Below, one piece after another: positions 28,645 to 40,330 of a stretch of DNA of 64,000 nt (positions are counted from its first letter, which is position 1; the number at the start of each line of letters is the position of its first letter). This stretch comes from Lytechinus pictus. Lineage: Eukaryota. The stretch covers positions 11,286,001-11,350,000 of the forward strand of contig NC_087250.1 in NCBI RefSeq assembly GCF_037042905.1, read 5' to 3'. A program made the position numbers and the translations under genes. The notes below the pieces were generated by a model. It was not told the DNA's origin and ran no database searches. It was given only the letters and a program-made list of their open reading frames with translations.

Positions 28645-28965
28645 AACCAAATCAGACATCTAGAGCTTGTACGCGGAATTTTGACATTCAAAGTAAATTT
28701 AGTAAAACTCACCATTATTGAAGATTGCAGTCTTGAGTATTACAACACTACTGTAATCAGATTGAAAATCGATATCCTGCCAATTCAAAGTTCAAACTCC
28801 AATCGATATCAAAAGTCATGAAGGAAAATTTCTTCAACGATGAGAAATGCAACGAAAAAAACTGTTTAAAGTTTGAACTTCAGATAACAATTAGTAACAT
28901 GGGATTCGCAAAAGTCCAACAATTAAAATCAACAAGTCTATTTACAGTGTCCCATTTTCACGAGA

Positions 28966-29351
28966 CTAATTGTTGTAATAGTTTATAGTCACCGTGCAAT
29001 TTTGGAGCAGAAATGGAGTTTGCTGAACTTGCATCCTTTGACTATGAGTGTTAGTTGTAGTCGTGCTTCTGTTTATGATGTTTCCGGCTGAAGAAGCATT
29101 TGAAGGAGGAGCTGTGTTCATATCCAACGGTTGCAAAACATCCTGTATGTTGCGTACCTGTATTTCTTCAGTGACTCTTATTTCTGAGTGAACAGAATAA
29201 ACAGATAGCTGCGAATTGGGTAATATTAGATCCCGATCTACCTCATCAAAGTTTAGGCCGAGATCATTGTCCACTTCATTCACTGTTTGATGGATTACGC
29301 TTGGCTGACCTGCATCCTGAACTCTATCAAAAGTTATAATATGTGGGTTGA
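28966..29351 (-). pseudogene. Crypton ORF, low-complexity C-terminal tail
   Basis: Joins 33965 in frame (CDRVDF-NPHIITF) once LINE D is removed and ends LQNCTVTINYYNN. Confidence 0.75.
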
Positions 29352-29663
29352 GCGCGTGAGTGTTGCTCCTCAGCTTGTGCCTAACTTCTGACTTTTTTAT
29401 ATGTTTCTGATATGAGTGATTGTCTCTACTGTGAACCAAGTGGAAGGGACAGTATCAAGGAAGTTACAGGACAATTTTTAGTAGTATCTTCATTTTATTA
29501 TGTGAGTAGTTGTGTTTTCTATTTCACAACATTGAACTTGCTTAAAAGGCACTGGCCATTTTGAACAGCAACCATATATATAGGCCTACACATTATAGCC
29601 TGAGGTGGTCAAGCTGAACTTGAATCAAAAGCTGTCTATTGTTTCCAAACAATAGAACCCCAA

Positions 29664-32354
29664 ATGACCATGGCACTGACCAGCTTAGTGACCGCTGGTG
29701 TCATCCTACTGTTATGTGACACAACTGTATCGAGTACTTCACATACATATGATTATGTAGCGAATGAGCATATACCTAGGCACAATATATGGAAATCTAA
29801 TGGCAAATACTGCGGCAAACACTCGTTTTATTACCCTAACTCGGTTGCCACGTTCCAAACACTTCTTCTACAAGCAGGAGATATAAGTCCTAACCCAGGT
29901 CCTAATGAAAATGATAGACAACTTGAATATTACCAATCACAAACCGGAAGAATCTCACAACCCGATTCAGACTATAAATATATATATTCTCGAGAGGAGC
30001 TATATAATCTAAACCCTCTTCATCGTTACTCGGGCTGCAAGCAAAGGCTTTCGCGGCCAATTTGGGAAACCATTAATAGTCTCGGTATTGGCAACACAAA
30101 GAAAACTAGACGAGGAAAAGGGGGAAGGGCTGTCAGACCATTGCCTGTACATGCATCTACAAACTCTCCTGATGATGATTCTAACATTGTTGGACGCCCT
30201 CTAGGATCTGCAGAGATTGCCAATTACAACTCCAATATGTGCCTGAAATGTCGGAAATCAATCCACCTAAATCAGAAGAGTATCACCTGTGTGGGCTGCA
30301 AATCTCTGTGGCACCTGAAGTGCACCAATGTACCACTCTCAAGGTATGACGACGGATCCACTAATTCTGGGAATTGGGAATGCTTCAGATGTGACCACCA
30401 ATCTGATGAAGACCAGCAATACAACCAGGATAGATGTCAACGTGAATATCCAATTAAAATTTCTACTAAAGGACTCAAGATTGCTCACATTAATATTCAT
30501 AGTCTCCTAGCTAAACATGACCATCTTAAAGAGAAATTAGTCCACCGGCCATTTGATGTCTTTACTGTATCAGAAACTTTGTTAGACGGTAGTGTAGTTG
30601 AAGCGGAGATACATCTGAATGGATTTACTATTGAGAGAGCTGATAGAAACCGTCATGGTGGAGGGGTAGCTGTGTATGTTTCGAATGAACTGGTCTATAC
30701 TCGCAGATTAGATTTAGAAATTGAAGGTATTGAGTCGTTGTGGGTAGAAGTTATATTGACAAACTCAACTCATATTCTTATAGGGACGTTCTACCGACCC
30801 CCGAGTTCAAAGGTCGAGTATCAAATGTTAATTGGTCAGTCAATCACCAGAGCAACAAGTGAACAAAAAGAGTTATACATTCTTGGTGATTTTAATTGGG
30901 ATATGTACTGTAGAGACTCTAAGTTTGTTAAACAGCTATGCAACCAGAATTACCTGAAGCAAATGATTAATTTCCCAACTAGGATTACAGAAACTAGCAC
31001 AAGTCTGATTGATCTGATCTTGACAAATACCCCCCAAAATGTATGTGAAAGTAAAGTACTCTCTGAAGGATTGAGTGACCATAGTCTGGTTTATGTAGTT
31101 CGGAAAATGTTCAAACCTAAAATACCACCAAAAATAGTACAGTTCAGATCTTACAAGAAGTTTAAAGAAGCTGATTTTATTAATGATCTTAGAAGTGCTG
31201 ACTTGAACTACTACCTGGGCAACCCAGATTTCCATGTAGCTTGGAATTCATGGAAATCTGGCTTCCTTAAAGTATGCGAAAAGCATGCACCGTGTATAAC
31301 TAGGAGAGTCAGGGGTGAAAAGACTCCATGGGTTACAGAAGAATTCATTGACCTGTCAAGAAATCGAGACAGACTGAAACTGAAGGCAGAACAAAGTAGG
31401 TCATCTGCAGATTGGAAACAGTATCGTTCAGTTAGAAATCATGTCAACAACCTGCGCCAAACACTAAAGAAAGGCTATTACCAGAGTAGTATCTTAGAAA
31501 ACAGAAACAACTCTGCCAAACTATGGAAAGTATTGAAAACCTTGACAACATGTGATACTAAATTTGCCACAGACCAGCTCATTGTAAATGGAGATCAAGT
31601 GTCTGACACCCTTGACATGGCCAATGAATTCAACACATACTTTGTATCTGTAGGTGCCAGTTTGGCTTTAAATTTTACCACAGGGGTAGAATGTAGTATT
31701 GACGAGTTACTTACCTGTATAACTAAGCCTACCCCTGGTACTAAATTTGTCTTTGAACAGTTTGTGGAACAAAACGTATCAAATATCATGAAGATGCTGC
31801 AAACATCCAAAGCAAAGGGATTGGATGGTCTTGATACTGTGCTTCTAAAAGCAGCCTCTCCATTGATTTGTACTCACCTCACTTCACTCTTTAATCGCTC
31901 TCTAGATTCTGGATTTATCCCCGATGAATGGAAACATGCTAAAGTAACTCCCATTCACAAGGGAGGTGAGAAACATGACCCTAATAACTATAGACCTATA
32001 TCTGTCATCCCTGTGGTTATGAAAATATTCGAAAGACTAGTCCATACCCAGGTTCAAGATTACTTTTTGGAACATAATTTATTTGCTAGTGAACAGTCTG
32101 GATTTCGGAAGAACCACTCAACAAGCACAGTACTTACCTATTTGAGTGATCACCTGTACAAGCAAATGGATCAGGGTCGACTAACGGGAGTTGTGTTTTT
32201 AGACCTCAAGAAGGCATTTGACTCAGTCGACCATGATCTATTGCTTCACAAACTTACCATGTATGGAATTCTTGGAACAGAGTATAATTGGTTTGAAAAC
32301 TACCTGAAACATCGTTCACAGTGTACTTCTGTAAAAGATCTTCCTCTGATTTGA
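29664..32354 (+). CDS. LINE D polyprotein: hydrophobic leader, 2A-like motif, PHD finger, apurinic-like endonuclease, N-terminal RT
   Basis: GDISPNPGP at aa 72-80; C4HC3 PHD at aa 193-243; APE motifs HINIHSL, VSET, GGGVA, FYRPP, LGDFN, IDLI, SDH; RT motifs NYRPIS, QSGFR, FLDLKKAFDSVDH. Truncated by a frameshift. Confidence 0.92.
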   Translation: MTMALTSLVTAGVILLLCDTTVSSTSHTYDYVANEHIPRHNIWKSNGKYCGKHSFYYPNSVATFQTLLLQAGDISPNPGPNENDRQLEYYQSQTGRISQPDSDYKYIYSREELYNLNPLHRYSGCKQRLSRPIWETINSLGIGNTKKTRRGKGGRAVRPLPVHASTNSPDDDSNIVGRPLGSAEIANYNSNMCLKCRKSIHLNQKSITCVGCKSLWHLKCTNVPLSRYDDGSTNSGNWECFRCDHQSDEDQQYNQDRCQREYPIKISTKGLKIAHINIHSLLAKHDHLKEKLVHRPFDVFTVSETLLDGSVVEAEIHLNGFTIERADRNRHGGGVAVYVSNELVYTRRLDLEIEGIESLWVEVILTNSTHILIGTFYRPPSSKVEYQMLIGQSITRATSEQKELYILGDFNWDMYCRDSKFVKQLCNQNYLKQMINFPTRITETSTSLIDLILTNTPQNVCESKVLSEGLSDHSLVYVVRKMFKPKIPPKIVQFRSYKKFKEADFINDLRSADLNYYLGNPDFHVAWNSWKSGFLKVCEKHAPCITRRVRGEKTPWVTEEFIDLSRNRDRLKLKAEQSRSSADWKQYRSVRNHVNNLRQTLKKGYYQSSILENRNNSAKLWKVLKTLTTCDTKFATDQLIVNGDQVSDTLDMANEFNTYFVSVGASLALNFTTGVECSIDELLTCITKPTPGTKFVFEQFVEQNVSNIMKMLQTSKAKGLDGLDTVLLKAASPLICTHLTSLFNRSLDSGFIPDEWKHAKVTPIHKGGEKHDPNNYRPISVIPVVMKIFERLVHTQVQDYFLEHNLFASEQSGFRKNHSTSTVLTYLSDHLYKQMDQGRLTGVVFLDLKKAFDSVDHDLLLHKLTMYGILGTEYNWFENYLKHRSQCTSVKDLPLI

Positions 32355-32373
32355 AAAAAAAGTACAAACAGGA

Positions 32374-33283
32374 GTGCCTCAAGGCTCAATCTTGGGGCCT
32401 CTCCTGTTCACTATAATGGTGAATGACATGCCCAATGTACTTAAGAAATGTAAGATCATGCTCTATGCTGATGATACTGCATTAATGTACAGTGCTAAAT
32501 GCACTGAAGAAATTGAAACAGAAATCAATGCTGATCTTCAGAGAATAAGTCAATGGCTAATATTAAATCGACTTACATTAAACCCTGAAAAGTCGAAATT
32601 CATGTTATTTGGTACCTCAAACAAACTAAAAAAATGCAAATCCCTTAAATGTGCAAGTTGATAATCATGCCCTTGAAAGAGTTTCAAATTTTAAACACCT
32701 GGGCACGTGGTTGGACGAGTCCCTCACCTGGCAAAAACAAGTTGATGAGATGAGCAAAAAGATTGGGTCACGTATTGCCTTACTAAGTAGACTAAGAAAG
32801 TACTTAACTATCGATAGTGCCAAACTCCTAGCTAATGTATTGATAACACCTCATTTTGACTACTGCAGTCCTTCCTGGGCAAACTGTTCACAATACGTAA
32901 AGAATGTTCTCATAGCCCAGCATAAGAAAATGGCAAGACTTGTCCTTAGATGCAATTGTATGACACCTACTGTTGAGGTATTGTCACAACTGAAATGGGT
33001 AAACATTGAAGAAAGATGGAAATTCAACAAATGTAAATTAATGTATAATGCCCTGAATGGAGAGGGTCCTAAATATATTTGTGATATGTTTACTAAAAGT
33101 AATAGTGTCCACACTCACAGTACGAGGGGTGCCACCTCACAAGGCCTGTTGGTGCCTATGGTCAAAACACAGATGGGGAAAAAAGCTTTTCTCATGAAGG
33201 GTCACTCTTGTGGAACGGACTTCCTTCAGCTCTTAAAAATGCAGCAACCAAAGAAGCATTCACCACCTTATACTGGAGATTAG
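32374..33283 (+). pseudogene. LINE D RT C-terminal portion (frameshifted pieces)
   Basis: PQGSILGPLLF, YADDT, LNPEKS, FKHLG and FDYCS in two ORFs (32374-32661, 32651-33283). Confidence 0.9.
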
Positions 33284-33964
33284 CAAAAACTCGTGAGGGA
33301 TTGTAATTACTTGTTTATGCAGTTGTTAGCTTGCCAGGGAATGTAAATCATTTGAATAGCAATCTTATATAATACTATACTATATGTAACATGCAGTCAC
33401 TATATATCTACATTTTATTTACTTATATCATATGCAATATTTAATGTGCTGTGTAAAATAAATGTATATAATTGTTATTTAACTAGAATAATATGATGTA
33501 GTCGAATGAATATTGATAATAACCACTCTGTAGTATATAAGTGTAATACATCTATAAGTAATTTATGTATCCGATATACATATATATATATACTCATGGT
33601 TCTGTTCCTATTCTTTGTATGTTAGATCGATTTCTAGATTTACCCTTCCATTGTCACTGAATTGATAAATTTTTAAGTATAAAAACGTAGAAATCTATAA
33701 TAATGAAAAATACATACCTATTACCGGTAATTTTTCCTTGTTTTTCCTGTCAACTTCCAATACTGCTTCCTTTCTCAAGAACTCAAATCATTTTTCTCTC
33801 TTCGTATTACAGTGTAACAATGTCGACTTTTAATGTGTTGTATAAAATGTGTTCTTTTGATTGTTTTATGTATATATGTATTGTGCAGGGCCCTGGTTGA
33901 CAACAGTGTTTAAACCACTGAACAGGCTACCCTGGGTAAAGAAGACGAATAAAAAAAAAAAAAA

Positions 33965-34668
33965 AATCAACACGATCACAATTTTCATGCGAGGTTTTGT
34001 TTGATGTGTTCAGACTCACAGATGGTGCAGCTTGAGGCTGAGCTTCACGTACTCCAATGGCACGAGATAATGCATCTGACCTGTTCATCTTTTGGTTTCT
34101 AGACACACGGCCAGCGTAACTTGCGAGGCTAGATTGATTGTTGTGTCACTAACTTGACAAATTTCTCTGTCTTCAAACCTTTCCTTGTCAAGTATTCTAA
34201 TGCTTGTTGTTCTTACACAGTGATTAGTGTACTTCTTTGACAGTTTTGCTTTTTGTGGTAAGCTCTTCATCATATTACCAAGAGTGTTCTTCCCCATTGG
34301 TGTTGTGGTGTACCATAGGCCCGATTCAGGACGCGTTTGCTTGGGCGTTTGGAACATAAATTCACAATCATCATTCAATTTAGACATGTATGTCTTAAAT
34401 GACGCGACTGGGCAACGTGGATCACCTGGAGTAGCATACATGCGAGCACCATCTACTCTGGAACTTTGATTATCCTCTCTAGTTTTTTTTAGTTAGTTCA
34501 TTTACAGTTTGGGTAACGTACTCACGTTTATTTGCATCTTTTTTCAGTTGAAAATCAGCCTTTTTCAAGGTTCTTAAGTTCTCTCTACCTCTGCGACAAA
34601 AGTAGAGACTTAACTCGAACCAAACCTTCTCACTAAGTGTTACAGGTGTTTCATCCTCTTTGAAGTAA
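33965..34668 (-). pseudogene. Crypton tyrosine recombinase catalytic domain (DUF3504-like), frameshifted
   Basis: VWFELSLYFCRRGRENLR (catalytic Arg region), RCPVASF, WY..TPMGKNTL, YTNHCVRTT (HxxR) and a frameshifted SLASY (catalytic Tyr). Confidence 0.88.
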
Positions 34669-36633
34669 GGCGTGTTGTCAAAAGTGTGCGTGCGTCTTTA
34701 CCTTTATATTCTACGGCGAACCCGCTGAGCGTGCCATTGTCCATTTTTCTTTCCTACGGGTCAGTGCTCTTGCCATTCAAGACGCCAGCGTGCCCTTTTG
34801 CAGCGAAAACGGAAGCGTTCGCTTTTATCTTTTCTTCTGACATGCTTCGGTTGGCTCTCCGATAATATGTTTTTGCATTAGCGCCCTCTATGTTCACGAT
34901 ATCGGCGTTTTAGGCAAACTATTGAACGTCCGATCTCTAGTCACTGATCTGAATATCATTGTGTCCTTGTATCGGTGTGTCTAGTCCATTGGGGGTACAT
35001 TTTCCAAAGTTACGCTTTCACAATTTCTTTTTATAGTTTTTCGTTTCAGGTTTCAGTAGTGACAAAGTTCAATTAGATTTAGATTTGATTTTTTTTAAAT
35101 AGAACGAGTTCTTTTATTTTGAAGAATATACCGTTAAGACACCGACTTTCTAAAAGTAAATGTTCAGGCGCGGGTAAGATTTTTTTTCATCACACTGAGC
35201 CCACACAGTCAGCATTGTCGGGTGAAAAGGAAAAATATGGAATTGTCCTTAACTTCTTTGTAAAAGAAATGCAAAACCCTTTGCAAAAGATGCAATATAA
35301 ATCATACCTGGGTCCCAAAATGATGGCATTTAAATATCTACATTGAAACGCTATACTGTGACAAAAAATAATAAACTCATAAAATGCAAGCGTTTTTGTG
35401 GGAAAATGGACAAGGGCATCGTTGAAATTCATATTTGAGCTAAACATAGGCCTATATCTAATTTAGCCAAAGTGCACAACAATTTTACTCTTATTATACA
35501 TTATGTTTAAACATTAACATGCTAGAAACTTATATATTCACACATAATACAGATGTCGTGCAAAACAAACGAATAAAATATCATTAATTTGAACTTTTAA
35601 AAATTAAATTGGATGCTCAAGCAGTTATATCGGTCATTGTTGATTAAATGCACAATTCTTGAATTTCATTGCCCGAAATTTAGAACAAGTAAAAAGAAAA
35701 AGTATTTTCGTTACTTTGTAAGACCATTTCAAACATCTTTACTTTCAAACGAAATCAAAAGCACTTAACAATTTAGTATAAAAATTATCAAATTTGAGGT
35801 AGTCTTGACCATGAATTGAGTTGAATGTTTATAAAGGAATTATAGCGTATTTTAATGAATCCCATTCTAAACTTTGAATGACCGATGTCTCCGGGGAAAA
35901 AATATCGCGTGAATTAAAATGCAAATTAACACATTTAAGTGACTCTGACATGAAATTGGACATGAAAACCTATATTATCTTTTTACCTGGGATCCGTCTT
36001 TATTCTCTTATCAATTTCCCCTGTGATCTAGAGTACTATGTGACCAAGTGTTCTTGATTACCATCCAGCAGACACAGAACCGAAGGGGGTCTGGGCTGAA
36101 GCCTCCACACTCTTTTTCCTCCAAATAGCGTACAAAACGTAAAAAGTACCATGATTTTATGCATGGTGATCCCCTTCAAAACCGTTCGGCGGTTGGGGAA
36201 GGCTTAATTATTTCTTTCAATTTTTAAGTTCTACTCACAATATTTAATTTTGTCAACTTAATTTTAATGGCTTCTTTTTTTTCATCCAACTTCATTTCTT
36301 CCTTTGAATTTTTCTAAACCTTTTCTATACTTATTTTTTTAACCTTCACGTTTGACTTATACAGTAGTGCATATTGCCGTTGATTTCTTCTTCCTATCAA
36401 ATATCTGAATTTATCTGCAATATGTGTGTGTCAAATTATTGTAAATTAGATTCCCAGTGTCTAAGGTAAACATAATTTACCGACGTAAAGTTTGTAATAC
36501 GAAAGCCTCTTTGGCCTAGTTTCCCTTCCAACTTTGTACTTCACTTCTTAATCGTATAGCTGTATTCTGTATAGCTTGCAAATTTAAATACTTTTACACA
36601 AAAAAAAAATCAATAAACGTTCAGGAAATGGTA

Positions 36634-36797
36634 ATGCCTCGGTCACATTTGCTCTCCGGCGGCCGTACGGCGAGTCGAAAACAGCCGTTTTATTCATTTT
36701 TATTCAAACAACCTATATTTAGCTGGTACAAAAACTGTTGAAACGACTGTTTTCGACTCGCCGTACGGCCGCCGTAGAACAAATGTGACCGAGGTAT
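36634..36797. mobile_element. 164-bp palindromic MITE flanked by TA
   Basis: ta|atgcctcggtcacatttgctctccggcggccgtacggcgagtcgaaaacag ... ctgttttcgactcgccgtacggccgccgtagaacaaatgtgaccgaggtat|ta. Confidence 0.88.
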
Positions 36798-36934
36798 TAG
36801 GCATACTAGATCAAGAAGGATGGAGTGTATGCTGGCGCAGATCCTGCCGAATTAACACAATACAATCTAATAGGCGCCGTATTTATTTTGAACAATAGTT
36901 GGCCTCTCAAAAGTATTGTGGTCTATTCTGTGAC

Positions 36935-37016
36935 CTCTACTATTGTAAGCGCTTTGGGCCTAATGGGAAAAGCGCAGTACAAATAATAAGTAATAATAAT
37001 AATAATAATAATAATA
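36935..37016 (+). mobile_element. Probable 3' tail of an L2-like LINE/SINE
   Basis: tgtaagcgctttggg...aaaagcgcagtacaaat stem followed by (AAT)n. Confidence 0.5.
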
Positions 37017-38729
37017 CTAAAAGAAGTCAGTGGGTCTATATTCTGCACCTGGAGGGTACAGTAGTGATACCGGGGGGGGGGGGGGTGGCATCCGGCCCTT
37101 GCGCCCTCCCCCTTTGAGAGCCATTATCAATTGCTAATGTAAATATGCCATTTTTACACAAGTGTGCCCCCCTTTGAAACTCACAGCATGTATTTTAATG
37201 AGGATATGTCGTTCATGCACAAGTGAGGACCTTCACTTTCGCCTGGTAAACACCCCTTTTCCAAATATATTTGATTATTAAAATGCACGGAGAGATGATA
37301 GGCAAATAATATAACTCGAATGTTAACATTAAGAGTAGACCTATAAGGAGGGAAGTTACATGGTTAATTAAAAATGTGTTGATAAAATATCAGTGGAACG
37401 TTATGTTATAATTTGCTGCGCCAAACAGGTTTTATGTAAAATTGCTCTTTATAAAGACAAGTATTAAACTACATTAAATGTCGAAATGCTGAGATGTATA
37501 ATGGAAACCATATTAAGATACACATTACGAAAAGAACCAAAATCAAGGCTCTAGTATGGGGACAAAACGAGAACAAGAAAACTACCCATTTGATGCTAAT
37601 TTTGATTCCCCGAAAGCCGGACGTTGAAAATGACCTGGGCCAGTGCATTGTTAGCTGTATTTAATGGGAGAGCTCGGCTTACCCCATTGTCAAGGTAGAT
37701 TTAAATTACCCCATTCTTGATTGGGGAGATTACCCTATTGTTGAACATAGAGGTGGTCTGACTGGTGGCGGATTTCAATAGAAGGAAGACCCCTTGATTG
37801 GTGGGGGTATTTCAATGGGAGATTACCACTTTGTCAGCGCGGGTGACTGTCTTAATACTTTGATGTGTCCCCGATGTGTCTTTTAATCGAACACCGTGTT
37901 TGCAACTAATCCCAATTAATGAGACTATTTGGCATCAAAATGAAAGTCTAACTTCCATCCTTTTCATAGATTTCGTTTGAAAATACTTACAGTGTACGTT
38001 TATAAGGTAAACTTGAAATATGAGAAGGCGCTTTATAATATGTAAACCAAATATGATTTGTTCATAAGTATCTTTATAATAAATGTTTTCAAAATCGAGT
38101 TTCATAGAACAGATGTATAATACTCGATTTAATAACAACCATAATATTTCAAAGTCATCGAGAGGGTAAGTATCAGACTAAATAATGCAAGCGTGATTTG
38201 TTCAGGCGCTGGTAAGATTTTTCTTTTCAATCCCACTGAGCCTGATCTCTTTTTTTTTTCATACAAAAGCCGGGATAGACATGTGGTTAAATAAGCATTA
38301 ATTGGATTCGTGCTTTCGGGAAAACAGTATTTATTTACGAGCAAGAACATTGAAGTGTTCAGTGTTGGCACCGGTTGGCACCACTGCGATGAAGTTAATT
38401 CGAATTGTGTTTTTGAACAGGATCAAAATAGTAGAAGTAAAAACGTTAAGCTTATTATATATATATGTATTAATCATTCGGATTTATGCATTATTCTGAA
38501 CTACACGTGTCTATAATTGAATGATTTATATGTATTAAATCAGTGGCATATTTTCAGGTGGGGGCACATTTTCCCTTGAAAACTTTTTAGACAAAAAAGT
38601 TGTCACTAAAATAGGGCATTTTGACCTGTTTAAAACGTGACGTTAAAAAATTAAGGTCTTTACTTGTGTTTGAACAACATATTCATATTACAAATATTTG
38701 CTGTGACTCTCAAAAAGTGAGTACACTTG

Positions 38730-40090
38730 CAGGGGCGGAACCAGCCTTCGCCAAAGGGGGGGGGGGTGTCTTTTTAACCACATACCCCCGATCAGCCGCT
38801 CAAATATGATTTTTGTTTGTTTAAATGAATGTAAAATAATCTCATAAGCCTTATTTAAATAGTGCGAGCGCGAAGCTCGAGCTATTGTTTAAATTATTAT
38901 TCCATGTATTTTGTCCTAAAATGGCATTCTGGCAATGCTTGTGATCCTAAACGAGATGAGTAAATTTAATATACGCTTTGATCATTCTGATAAAAAAAAG
39001 ATATGTTAACGGCTGATTGCAGTTAGCCATGAAGACGTTACATATTTCAACAGTCAAATAACGCGAGCGCGAAGCGCGAGCTGAAAATTTTGACCTTTCT
39101 ACCCGAAGAATTGAAATTCTAAGCAATTTTTGTAATCATGAAAAAGTTGAATATATAACAAAGCAATTGATGCGAGCGCGAAGCGGAAGCGGAAAATTCT
39201 AGATTTGTAGGAAAATTGTGAGTGGATATGGATCACAGTTAAAAAGGAGCTGATATGTTTCATTATTATTACTTTGAGTTTGACATACACGTAGGACCGG
39301 GACATTCTAAGAACATTATTCTATCGTATGAAAATTATGACTGTCTTCCTATTTCTCTTCCTATCAATGCGCTAGATGAAACTTGTCGATATTCCATTCT
39401 GAAAAAGGAACAATTTAAAGCGCTTTTGTAATAATGAATAAGATGCATGAGTTAATATATTTTTAACAATCAATGTGCGCGCATATCGCCAGCCGAAAAT
39501 TGTTGATAAACTGTCATAAAATGGAGATTTTAAGTAGTTTGTTATAGAATTAATATTTAAATTTTTATAACTCACCAATCAAAATGCAAGCATGCAGCGC
39601 TAGCTGATACGTTTTTACAATCTGACATGAATAGGGATATTTTTATAAGTATATGGAATACAGGAAAATAATAGGTACCTGGAAATCAAATTTAGTGAGC
39701 GCGCAGCGCAAGCAGAAAATGTTTATATTCAGACAATAAAAAAGATATTTTTACAGAACACTTTTTTAAAATGAAAGTTCAATTTCCGAGCTGAAATATG
39801 TTATGTATATTGACTTCAAAATTTGATATTTAAAGTTCCATATATGTAAATCACCTAAAAGGTAATGCGAGCGCAAAGCACGAGCGAAAATTTTATATAA
39901 TGACATGAAAGATTTTGTTTTATTGTTTTCGAAGTCTTCCCCTCATCTTATTTATTCACTCGTTTTCTCCTCTCATGTTTACCATTTTTTCTCCCCTCTT
40001 TTTCCTTTTTTGGTCTTTCTTTCCCCCTTTTTTTGCTCCGCCAATAGGGGGAGGAGGGAGGGCGGACCCCTTGCCCCACCCCTGGATCCA
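38730..40090. mobile_element. hAT-like non-autonomous element with periodic gcgagcgcgaagcgcgagc motifs
   Basis: Left end caggggcggaaccag and right end ccccctggatcc resemble the termini of the element at 20194-22896. The right tip is damaged and no TSD is found. Confidence 0.6.
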
Positions 40091-40330
40091 ACTCTGGAAC
40101 AATCTACCAAAAAGTATTAAACAAGCAGGTTCAAGAGAGAAATTTAAATCCGTGTTAAAACCTTTTTTGTTAAATATAGCTTTCCCTCCGGATGTGAAGC
40201 CCCTCAATTGTTTACAGCCTACTGTGAACTGTACAACTACTTTATTTTTTGGTGAAATTCCTTCTCTCTCTATAATTTTTCCTTAGCGTTTAGATAAATG
40301 TTTTGTTCTAAGTGGTATACAAATAATGTA
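40091..40330 (+). pseudogene. Short LINE 3'-end fragment
   Basis: LWNNLPKSIKQAGSREKFKSVLKPFL resembles the CR1/L2 ORF2 C-terminus. Confidence 0.55.

Larger units (their letters stand above)
29352..33964 (+). mobile_element. LINE D, apparently full-length single-ORF CR1/L2-group non-LTR retrotransposon
   Basis: 5' UTR, ORF with PHD-APE-RT, AT-rich 3' UTR, terminal motif cagggccctgg...gctaccctgggtaaag, and an A tail at 33951-33966. Confidence 0.93.
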
